Part shown: piece by piece, positions 24,626-35,226 of the stretch
Numbering within the stretch: the stretch's first letter is position 1
Layout of the letters: every line of letters begins with the position of its first letter
DNA from: Haplodiscus bocki
Lineage: Eukaryota
Reading direction: 5' to 3'
Assembly (NCBI GenBank): GCA_965655095.1
Contig: OZ296659.1
Span: 38,936,001 to 39,000,000, forward strand
Length of the DNA: 64,000 nucleotides
Notes under the pieces: generated by a model
The model's input: the letters and a program-made list of their open reading frames with translations, nothing else
What the model was told of the DNA's origin: nothing
Databases searched by the model: none
Program-made: the position numbers and the translations under genes

Positions 24626-24946
24626 TTACACATGTAGAGAAAGGAATTCAATGTGCGAACGCCAAATGTTTGCTAAGTGGGGAAAGAAAAGCGCAGACGT
24701 TGATTTTACACTAGAAGTTTGAGTGCTGGGAAGAAAAGGGAGCTGAGGTTGTCCAGTGAGATGTTTCCAATGATGCATTGCTTCCAAGCGAAGATGAATG
24801 CTCATTTGATGGGGTGTGAACAGAAAATCTGGTAGTTGCGACAAAGGAATTTTGAAAAAATTTGCTTGGCAAAAGTAACACGGTATAATGTATGTTTCAG
24901 GAACGGCATTCGAAAACACGGACACAGGAATGGAGAAAGTGAACAT
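24626..24946 (-). CDS. Small Cys/His-containing accessory ORF upstream of gag (106 aa)
   Basis: ATG-initiated, CYFC plus several His residues. Against copy B, 7 synonymous and 6 nonsynonymous codon differences in a 27-codon stretch. Confidence 0.65.
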   Translation of the reverse strand: MFTFSIPVSVFSNAVPETYIIPCYFCQANFFKIPLSQLPDFLFTPHQMSIHLRLEAMHHWKHLTGQPQLPFLPSTQTSSVKSTSALFFPHLANIWRSHIEFLSLHV

Positions 24947-24968
24947 TTTTCTTGACTAATATTATTGT

Positions 24969-25235
24969 TTAAAAAAAGGTTTTATCACTTTTTGAAGTTT
25001 GAATGCTTTGACAAGTAACGTTTACACGGTTTACTTCGTACGAAAGACCGCAAAGCGATAGGACGATCATCAGCAGCGCGAAAGTTTGGACGATAAACAA
25101 AAACGTTAAAAAACAAATCGAAAACAACGGTCTGGAACGGGCTTCATCGTAAGAAGGCGGCGGACCGATCGGTCGGGTGTTTTGATGCGATAAGACGTAC
25201 AACGGCAGATGCGAATGAGGGTGAGAACACGGCAT
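24969..25235 (-). CDS. Small single-pass membrane protein with PPPSY (PPxY) motif (88 aa)
   Basis: PPPSY, then a ~25-aa hydrophobic segment, then an NVT sequon and Cys. Copy B retains the hydrophobicity, the sequon (NDT) and the Cys. Confidence 0.65.
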   Translation of the reverse strand: MPCSHPHSHLPLYVLSHQNTRPIGPPPSYDEARSRPLFSICFLTFLFIVQTFALLMIVLSLCGLSYEVNRVNVTCQSIQTSKSDKTFF

Positions 25236-25595
25236 TTACAAAACTTCACGGAAACGCAATGAAAAAACCAAAAATATCAGAAAAAGAAATTTCGTTTTGT
25301 CTAAGTACTCACGTGTGTGTCCTATTGCTTAGGGGAATGAAGGATACCGGGTCAGCTTCGCCAAGACTCGCATAAATGCCGATGAAGTGCCAAGAACACG
25401 CCGAAGCGGTAGGAGCACAGCAAAAACTGGAAAACTAAGCACGGACTATGTCCGGAGAGAGATCTTTTCGGCGTCACTGGAAAACCAGGAACAGGCAGAA
25501 AGAAGACTTTTCAAGGGGGAATGGGTCTGGGCCGGACAACTATTTGGGGAACTAGGTGAATTTCACAATTTTAGAGAAAATTTTTCAGCAGAGAT

Positions 25596-25613
25596 ATCCC
25601 TCTCCTGTCACCT
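25596..25613 (-). promoter_or_regulatory. Primer-binding site, tRNA-Leu-like (right copy)
   Basis: Same 18-mer as 13623-13640. Confidence 0.65.
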
Positions 25614-25901
25614 TTACAACAATCGCCTATTTTCGTTGTTTTAATTTCGTTTTTAATGCCTCTTGAAATGAGCGGGGCAATTGTTGGGAAATTCAAAGTT
25701 GCTATTTCTTGGTGCTGTGAATGGGAAATCTCCAGTGAAAAACAAATTTGCAGAAAAAGAAACAGCTTTACTTATTTTGTAAAGTGTTAAGCGAAACACA
25801 ACAAAATTGACAGTAACAGAGTCACTTACAGTTGGGTGGTTTCTTGTTGATCATTCAGCTCTTCTAATTTTACTACTCATATTACGTAGACGCATTACTC
25901 A

Positions 25902-26546
25902 TTTAACAATCGCTTGTTTTCGTTCTTTGGATTTTCTCTTGAACAGCTCTCGAAATGCGCAGGGCGATTGTTGGGGTTTTAAAGTTGCTATTTCCTGGCG
26001 TTAAAAAGGGGATATCTCTATTGAAAAACAAATTTGCAAAGAGAAGAAACGGCTTTAATTAATTTTAGTTATAGTTAAACAGAATTTTTACATTCTGTAC
26101 AAGACAAATTATCAGACAAGATAGAATGAGAAAAACTACTCGACTTACATTTCAGTGGTTGAGGGTGGGTATGAATAGCTGAGTTTTTACTTTTTTCGAT
26201 ATTAATTTCTCTGCAGCTGCAAGTTGCGAGTCAGGTGAAGAGCAGATGTAAACAGTCAAAATAAAACAATAATAGCTCATGAAAAGTAATATTTAAAATA
26301 AAGCAACAATAGATTTAAACAAAATTCACATTTGCACTTTCAATATGCAGGTGAATTTAATAAATATTACAGCGCTAAGCGCAAAGACATATGAACGTAT
26401 TTATGTTATTAACGGTTATAAAATAACACAAGAAAGAAATTGCAGCAGTCTTTTTTTTGTATATGTAGCTGAATCTTTCCCTTTTTTAAAAGGCTTTTGT
26501 TAAAAAAAATGTTAGTCATCGATTTCCCTTTCTCCGCTCCGTTATA
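25902..26546 (-). repeat. 5' LTR of copy A
   Basis: Direct repeat of 13929-14574, followed by TSD CTCA. Confidence 0.92.
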
Positions 26547-26620
26547 CTCATATTACTCAGCTAAAAGTCTTCCAGTTATTGTAACGCAAATGTTCTTTTC
26601 TCTTTTTTTTGTTTGTTATA
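26547..26620 (-). repeat. Remainder of copy B 5' LTR (begins with the copy A TSD)
   Basis: Matches 3695-3770 (CTCAGCT.AAAGTCTT.CAGTTATTGTAACGCAAATG...GTTTGTTAT). Confidence 0.85.
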
Positions 26621-29600
26621 CTAGCATCCGGAAATATCACAGATACTCATTACAAAACATTGCAGAAACGCAGCCGTTCAACTGCTACAATTTTCCATAA
26701 TTACGCTCTAATCGCAAATCAATTACGCATTTTTTTCGCTGAGGAACAATTCTCAGGGAAACCATCCGGAGGATAAAACCTTGAAGATCATTGTTCCCTC
26801 GATCGAAATCAATGGTTTTTACGGTTTCTTCTTGGATTTTTTTTCAGTTTCACTTTTGTAATTAACCTGTTGTTGTTGACTATTCCTCGATTTAAAAATT
26901 CCAGGGAATGTCTCCGTAAGCGTATAAATTTCGGAGAGAGCAGTTATCTTTGATCAATTTAAGCCGATTGTGCATCGATCTAAATTGAAAAAAGGTAAAT
27001 GGACATCAATCTCAAATCGATTCTCTATCGGTTGAGATCGATGGGGCATCGATTGTCCATCGATTGAAATTATTGGAAGCTACATTCATGGGGGGGTACA
27101 AGACGCTCAACATAGGTCGTCATTTTTATGGCCACTGCAACGTCAACTGGTATGACAGTAAACCCGATGTGTCGTAATTCACATGGATTTTGTCCCGATT
27201 AAATTTTCTTGTATCTTAAATGCATTTTAAATACCAGTTTTTTCCATGGAGCATTGGAAAACAAAATAGCTGACACATTGCATTTCCTTGGTTCTTCTCA
27301 TAATTCGGTCAAACAAAGTCACAAAAGTAGCAATTTTAAATACCAATCATTGTTTTTCCATTTTATATCAATTTTGAGCAATTGTTCGCAAATAATTTGT
27401 ACCAAATCAACTTATATACCTTGAGCACTGTTGAATCTAGAGTCCTCGCTAGAATCAGGTTAATGGAAAGTATTATAACCTGGCTTTAGTACTTCATATA
27501 ATCTCTAACGTTGGGTGCTTTGCGTTGACCGAATTCGGTTATTTTTCTAAACACCCCCCCTAATCTTTTTTCATTGATCTGGATCCCCTTAAGTGCAATG
27601 GGCGGGCTTATAGATTTATTAGTCTTCCAAAGTAAAACTATAAAAGTGGCATATTTTAAGGCCCGTCAAAATTCAAACATTATTTTTCCCATAATTCTCA
27701 ACTCCATAATTTCTTGAGGAATAACTCTGAGTTAAATCGTCGGGTTTGTTAGTGGAATGAAAACTCATTCAAATCAGGTCCAGAACTCGTAAACTGTTTA
27801 TTGCTTCTCACTTTATCTAATACCTATTGCAACTTGGTAAATCTTTAACAGTGCCGAGCTTTATTAACCTATTTTTACAACAGCATTTACTAACGGCGGA
27901 TTTAATAACCTTTGTTTTGATAAGAGTGAAGATAAAACCACAGCTGATTATTATTTTGCCAATAAATTCAATGCTGCAATTTCGTTGCCAAAATGACCCA
28001 TTTTGCAAAAAGTGGGCTCAGAATTGAGCAGTTTTCCGGTGTAGTAGTACGGATTCTTTATGGGACACAATTAACCTCCTTTTACAGCTAAAATCTAATA
28101 TTTTAGCCCACTGAGATGGAACAATTCTTGTTTTGCCTTCTAAGACTTCGTTCAAGTCGAATGATAAAATAATTACGATCTTCACAGACCGCAGCGAAAA
28201 GTAATTTCAAAAATGCACGTCTTCAGAATTAGGTCTGCCGCAGCTAAACGAGATTTTTAAACAGCTCTCGCCCAAGAGAATTTCACATTTTCATTTTTTT
28301 TCTCATAGCTGTTTATTTTTGCCATTTATTTCACATATTCTGAAGATTTACCCAATTTAGGAAGCTTTACATTTTTTGAAATTCTCAAATAAATTTGTTA
28401 ATTCAGAAATTCAGAATCTGAATTGGTGGTTTTACCTATTTTTGGGAGACGCCGCTCTTTGAAATTCGCGAAGAAAGTTTGTGTGTTCATCATTTACAAT
28501 ATTTGCTAATTGAGGTAAGTTAAAAAAATCGTGCAGTTAAAGTTATAAGTTCCTGACTTAAAGGTGACTGAATTGCCAAATTACGACATGAATGTGAAAT
28601 ACTTTGTTTATTTTGTGGTGTAATTAGTTAAACTCATCAACTGATCGATTAATATTAATTTTTCAAGTATGAATCTGTAAAGACTCATCATAATTTTGTC
28701 AAACAAACCAATCACAGTAAGAAGCTTTGTAGATGAATAGGCGTGAACAGACTGTAAGGTCGTTAACGTTAATCATCTTTGCTCAACTTTCTTTTACGTC
28801 AACTTCCTTCCTGATTGCTATTCCTGATTACATGTAATTTTACATTTTACATGCGTTAGCGAACTAGAACCCTCGAAACGTGAAAGCCAAAATCAGCCAG
28901 TTTTGAGAAAATTCGAATCAGACGTAAGTCAAAACTTTTCAAATTTATTTGGAATACCTTAATTTGCATTTTATACTTCAAAGCATTTTACACAAACATA
29001 AAACCTAGCCGAAAGTGTTTTCTGATTACTACAACGTCAATTGAAAAAGCCATAATAAAAATATTTAAAATACGTAGAGTACATGTACTTGAGTATTATC
29101 ACTCATACTAGGGGGAAGTAAGAAACTTGGAGCACCTGGGAGGATAAAAGAAACATGACCCGCCGTAAATTCTGGCTTGTAGTTTTATTCGAAAAAGTTT
29201 TCCTTGCGTGAAATGGAATGCACACAAACTTTTTCCAACAATTTCAAACAAAATTAAAGTCTGATTAACTTACATTGAAATGATTTTCTGTTGAACAATC
29301 ATTTTTAAAATTTTGATTAAGTTTTGATAGCCCCAAAACTGTAGACTGCAGTTCCAAACCTAAAAATTTATTGTTTTTGCAGTTTGTTGCCAATTTTCAT
29401 GCTGTTGCATCTGCCGTCTGTGACAACATTTCCTATGAATAAAAGATCAATTATGTCAAAAAGATACAATTGTGTTTTCATACCACTCTGTGCATAATAA
29501 TAGCAGCACTTGTTAAAGCAACCCACAAAAATGAATTCTGTTTCTGTGGCCCGAGTTAAACAAAACATTTTCTCTATTAATTTATGCAAATTCTTTCCAA

Positions 29601-30102
29601 AGGTGGCAACGCGTGCATTTGACTAAACAATAATCAAAGGAGAGAAAGAAAAAAGTAGAAGACATCTTAAATTCACAGTTGTTTCCGTCTGCTTGTGGAC
29701 GAAATTAATTATTGTGATCAGATCTATTGTAGATACCCGAGGTAAGTTTTTCAATTTATTCAGCTTTCAATTACGTTTCTAAATTTGATGAATCTTTGGT
29801 TTCATGGAGGTACTTGTATTCAGTTTGGTGAATTTCCATCGCGTGGAATAATCAAAGCGTCAAAACTTTCGGAGCAACCAATTTGAAGTCTGCTTTTCCG
29901 AGAATAACCAGTTTTTTTTATTTTACCTTAAAACTCCCCTTAAAATTTTACCTTAAAATTGGGAACATTTTACAAGAAAAGAATTCATTGCTCGAAATTC
30001 GCATTCTTTCTGTTAACTGTGTAAACTGTAAACTCCCCCTCCCCCCACCAGTAGTAACGAGAAGTTTAGTCCCCTTCCCACGCAGAAGCGAACGCACAGT
30101 AT

Positions 30103-30210
30103 GGTGTGTGTGTGTGTGTGTTTGTTTGTTTGTTTGTTTGTTTGTTTGTTTGTTTTGTGTTTGTTTGTGTGTGGTTGGGGGGGGGGGGGGGGGTGGAGGG
30201 GGGGAGGGGG
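30103..30210 (+). repeat. Compound microsatellite (GT)n-(GTTT)n-poly(G)
   Basis: Directly visible. Confidence 0.95.
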
Positions 30211-31226
30211 GTTTTAACATAAGACTCCGAAATTCAGCTAGTTATTAAGATTGGTGACGATTATAATTTTGAAACATTCACACGATTGTTTCATACTTCG
30301 CCATGAAAATTCACCGATATTGAGAATCTACAGATGAAATTTCACTTCAGTTCGAAAAGAAACCCATTTTTAGGCAAAGATGTTGCGTTATGCATGCCGA
30401 CCAGAGCAGCATCAATGTTGTGATTTTAAGAAAATCAAGTATGCTAAAATGTTACATTCTTTCTACGATTATATTGCATTCCAGTTACAGTTGCCAAGTT
30501 AAGCGGTTGGGTTATAGCGAGTGATCAGTTAATTGACAAATATTTACAAACACTATGATAACTTCATTAGTGCCGCCGAGGTGAAACGCTGAGTAGCTGA
30601 ACAAATTTGTTTAATTGCAATCCTTGAGATGCTTTCTGATAACAACCGCTAGGAGGTCTAAGTCCCACGACTCGTCCGCTGTCCAACAAAAGCGCCCATC
30701 ATCATCAACTTCATCTTTGGCCGGCGTCGCTGTCAAAATTTATACGGGGGTAAATTATTATCATCACTTCCGGTACTAATTCTACTTCCCCTATACATGT
30801 AGCAGAAAGCCTGCAATTATTACATCTACCCTACAAATATCAGTTACTTCTACATGTATTTGTTGTAAATACGAAAATTACAAGCTCTGGTCACAACTCG
30901 AGTTTTGTGTTCTCAAGATAAATCATTGAGAAATTTGCGATTTGCACACTTTCTGCAAAATTCTCTAACGAAAATCGGTGGTGAGTAGCTGTGATTTATT
31001 ACTTATGTTTAACTTGGAAATTATAACTTTGTAAGTGACAAATTGCATGTTTAATCTGACATCCCCAATTGATGAAACATCAACACTTCAATATGGAAAG
31101 TTACCGACTTAGTATGTGAGTTTTCCTGATTTCAGGTGATTTTCACTATCAACTCTTACAAGGACAGCTTTCCAAGCCCAAAATTCTTTTCTTCTGACAA
31201 TAAACTGCAACCTAAATTCCTCCAAG

Positions 31227-31433
31227 ATGGTATTATTCTATCACCTCCACTGCATTTTACCCAAATTATTCCTTAGCTATTGGCTGTTGCTGCTAAAAAT
31301 AAGTTATTTGGAATCGTACACCCTCTCAGCCAATCGGAATGCAGTATTTGCTCCAACCGGTGGAGGATGTCTGATGCGATTCCAAGAGTCCAAATTGAAT
31401 GAAAAAATCCATGAAGAGTACAGCAAACTTTCA
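31227..31433 (+). CDS. Predicted first coding exon (signal peptide) of the otoancorin/mesothelin-like gene
   Basis: Good ATG context (AAGATGG), hydrophobic N-terminus, upstream acceptor TTTCAG at 31135, and phase-0 donor GTCAGT at 31434. Confidence 0.45.
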
Positions 31434-34336
31434 GTCAGTATAATTTTTAGTCTCAATTCTTTACTTCTGGCTTTCAATTCTTAGGCTGCTATTTCCTCAA
31501 TTTAGCCTCAAAATCACCTCTTTCATATGAATGTCCATGTGCAATCGATGCTTGAGATGCTATACTATCCGGGACTTCACAAAAATAATTTAATATTATG
31601 GAACATGCAACATAATTAGTTGACCTTAAAATCAACAATCCCTTAATTATTGCAATAACTGCACCCGAAGAAATAAATGTGATTTTTTCGAGAAATAATT
31701 CTGACAAATGCTTTCTTACCCTAACGAAGAGAAGATGTCGACAAGGATCAAAAATTAACTCTAATTTAGGCTTCCCAAAAATTTCTCTCCTATGAGTTAG
31801 GAATTTTCAGAATACACCCCATAGGGCAATTAATTCTTGTCGTCATACGACTGTAATGACATTTTGAAAATTATGGATGAAGTCTGAAAATTAATTCCGC
31901 ATCTTGTCCCATAAATGATTGCCATAAAATTTTACCCAAATAAATAATTTTAGAGGGAAAACGGATGAGAATACTTTGTTTATGGCAATTATTTATTTTT
32001 TGCATTATTTTTGCGAAGTCCCTGTGTATCATCGATCTTCAATGTAGGAAACACGAAATTACGGTCAATTTGATAACCTTTCTAGATCGAAAATTTCACG
32101 ACAATGTCTCGAATAAACGAATCCTAATTTCCCATCATTCTGTGAAATTTGTTTATCCTTGTCAGGCCTACATGGTTTATGCGGAAAATTTGGCCAAATT
32201 TCGCGGCTACCTATATGCGCTAACACTTAGTCAGTGCTGATCAGCTGTAGCAATCAATCAGGACTTATCAGCGGTGGCCAGCTATGTTTCGTTACTTATT
32301 CAACTGTACATTGCCTGAAAATCCCTGATCGGCGCTGAAAACCGAATTTTTCAGAGAACAAAATCTTTGCTGATCAGTACTGAATCAGCACTGATTGTCT
32401 GAATTAGCTCTGATTTTCTCTGAAATAGCGCTGATCACTGCTGAAGCTCTCTGAAACAGTTCTGATGAACCTTGATCCTCTCTGGAACTGCGCTGAACAT
32501 CCCTGAGCTCGTCAAATTGTCCAGGTTATCTCTAGAGCTCTGAATTGGGGAAAAACGGACGCACCACTGAAGGATTTCTGAGTAGCAAATGTTCAGACCC
32601 TGGTGCAGTAGTTCTCTTTCGTCAAGTCCCTCGCTTCTCTAAAGTATCAGTAAGACTTAAGAGCGCTTGGGCAGGCAAATATCCAATAATTTACGGTTTT
32701 CGCAAAATATAGAGGCTTTTATCCTCTTGTGACATTGAAAACGCTCAACGCATATATTTTTTGAGAACTCTGCTTGACTTTGCAGTAGCTTTTTTTAATA
32801 GTTGCTTTCATTACTACATGATAGGCAACAGTGAATACCCCGTTTGCGGCGACCCGTTGGTTGTCCAATCTATTTTGATTTAATTTTTCAAATAGAAAAA
32901 AAGTTGAAAATATCAATATAGAGAGATTTATTTTTCTTCATCTTAAGTTCTTCTTACTTCACTTATCCTTACTGGAAACTTCGATTTTTTCTTGAAATTT
33001 TTCCACAGGTGAGTTTAGGTCTCAACTCATCTGCTTATTTAGATTTCATTCTTTTTTTAGAAGAGTTTGCTATCTTTGTTTTTGGCCAAATTAGATCTTA
33101 CAACTTGCAAAAGTTCTTATTTCTTATCGGCGAAACAATCTTCTTTTTTGATTCAATTTTTGTTCAGGAAATCGTAGATGTTGCGTTTTCAGGAAATTCA
33201 GATCTTATTCGGCAAAAATTAGATCTCATTCCACGTGAACAAATCATTGGGAAAGAAGATCGCATTCTCACTGACAAGAATTGGTCTCAGTGAAACTGAA
33301 AGGAAAGTAATAATCAGTTCTTTTTAGCGCTGTTTTAGTTTAGTTCTGATTCTCAATGATTTCCTCTAATTCAGCGCTGCTCAAGATTCACAATAATTTG
33401 GCCCAATAAAATAATAAAACAAACTTTCTTATTTAAACGCTTTTTCCTCTCGATCAGCCCATTTTTTTTGCTGAAAACCCTAAATTTTGGTTGTTTTTCT
33501 ACTGATTTTATGTGCAGTCATAGAGCAGTCAAAGAAAGTGATTAATCCAATCCCATGTTCGAAATTTTTGAAGAAATAGTTTTTCCGTCTCTGAACTGCT
33601 CCAAAATCACGTGTTTTTGATGATGATAGTATATTAAAGCACGTGTTTTTGATATGCTAATATATTCCCAAACACTTGAAAAGCAGTTCATTTTTCGCCG
33701 ATTTTCAAACTCATTTTAAGCCAGCGCTGATTGAAAGAAATTCAGCGGTGAAAATTATGAAATAACTGCAACACAGCTGTTCAGTGCTGATTTGCTCTGG
33801 GGCTTCAACCCGGGAACGAAATTAAGTACCCAATTTTTATTCCCATTTGCATGACTGCATTTTTTCGAGAGACTCAAACTTCTGCGGTGCAAATGTTCCT
33901 TTGATGTTTCTCAATTCATATGGTGGTCCATTGAACAGCAACCAATATTTTTCCAAATTACTGCTTTCATATTAGTGAGGGCTGTTGATGTCGTAGATTT
34001 ATGTATGATTTACAAACAAAAAATCATTGGTGTGATCACATTGAGGAACTTAAACATGATAAAACATGATTGACTACATTATCATGGTTTTCGTGAGTGA
34101 CAATGCCGTGAAATAGGGATTTCAATGGATGTATCATGGGTGATTTCATGGTTAAGCATCTAAAGTTCACTGGACTTCCCAGATTCATCAATTATTTTCC
34201 ATTTTTGAGTAAGATGTCCGAATAGAAATATCCGTATTTAAAACTATTCATGATCATGAATGATTTTTCATACAACAACAGTCAGATACAACCAACCTTG
34301 GTAATCTAATCACCTGCATGTGTGTCTGTTTTTCAG

Positions 34337-34616
34337 GCATCCAATAGACGGGCAATTGAGTCGTGCAATACAAAAAAGTTCTCTGTGGGTGAGAACGAGC
34401 CAATGAGCAACGAGATAATTCTGGCTTTGAGCTCTTCGTTCATTTATAACCTGGATGATATAACCGTCGCCAAGTTAGTAACACATTCCAACACGCAAGA
34501 CCTTTCCAAGAGCTACGTCATCAATTCGACAAGGTTCTCACCCTCACAACTGGCCGAATCTCTCTACCCACAGGACACTCTGGTGTCAGAACACGATTCG
34601 GCTATTCTGAAAACCT
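34337..34616 (+). CDS. Predicted internal exon of the otoancorin/mesothelin-like gene
   Basis: Acceptor TGTTTTTCAG (phase 0), open for 93 codons, donor GTTAGT in phase 1 matching the phase-1 acceptor at 52743. Confidence 0.55.
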
Positions 34617-34777
34617 GTTAGTAAACACCCGTTACTCAGAGTTTTCTGCAAAAGATGGTTGATATAGTATAAAGATTTTGGGATCTGAAAGGGCAATGTT
34701 AATACATCGTGATCCAATTCATGAGCTCCGTTTCTTCGGATCACGGAAAAGTTGGCAACTCCAGTAATGTCCATTAC

Positions 34778-35009
34778 NNNNNNNNNNNNNNNNNNNNNNN
34801 NNNNNNNNNNNNNNNNNNNNNNNNNNNNNNNNNNNNNNNNNNNNNNNNNNNNNNNNNNNNNNNNNNNNNNNNNNNNNNNNNNNNNNNNNNNNNNNNNNNN
34901 NNNNNNNNNNNNNNNNNNNNNNNNNNNNNNNNNNNNNNNNNNNNNNNNNNNNNNNNNNNNNNNNNNNNNNNNNNNNNNNNNNNNNNNNNNNNNNNNNNNN
35001 NNNNNNNNN
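34778..35009. other. Assembly gap (232 N)
   Basis: Run of N. Confidence 1.
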
Positions 35010-35226
35010 ACCAACACCAACACCAACACCAACACCAACACCAACACCAACACCAACACCAACACCAACACCAACACCAACACCAACACCAACACCAACA
35101 CCAACACCAACACCAACACCAACACCAACACCAACACCAACACCAACACCAACACCAACACCAACACCAACACCAACACCAACACCAACAACACCAACAC
35201 CACCACCACCAACACCACCACCACCA
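35010..35226 (+). repeat. (ACCAAC)n hexamer microsatellite abutting the gap
   Basis: About 30 perfect units, decaying into (ACC)n. Confidence 0.97.

Larger units (their letters stand above)
13929..26546 (-). mobile_element. Env-bearing Ty3/gypsy LTR retrotransposon, younger near-complete copy A
   Basis: Two ~646-bp LTRs, TSD CTCA (13925-13928 and 26547-26550), PBS, PPT, and gene order gag-PR-RT-RH-IN-env; only a few stops and frameshifts. Confidence 0.95.
3411..26620 (-). mobile_element. Env-bearing Ty3/gypsy LTR retrotransposon, older decayed copy B (outer element, interrupted by copy A)
   Basis: Plus-strand termini TTTAAC (3411) and GTTATA (26620) flanked by CTGG (3407-3410) and CTAG (26621-26624), a 4-bp TSD with one mismatch. 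Internal region 3772-13640 is collinear with copy A but has many stops and frameshifts. Confidence 0.88.

Noticed and set aside
29883-30248. ORFs 29883-30248 (+) and 29948-30220 (-)
   Set aside because: Open only because of the (GT)/(GTTT)/poly-G repeats.
32230-33815. Region rich in CTGATCAG and TCAGCGCTGA palindromic words
   Set aside because: It may be a non-autonomous DNA element, but I could not define terminal inverted repeats or a TSD.
35010-35226. (ACCAAC)n as a telomeric repeat or CRISPR-like array
   Set aside because: It is not a recognised animal telomere unit, has no spacers, and lies internally.
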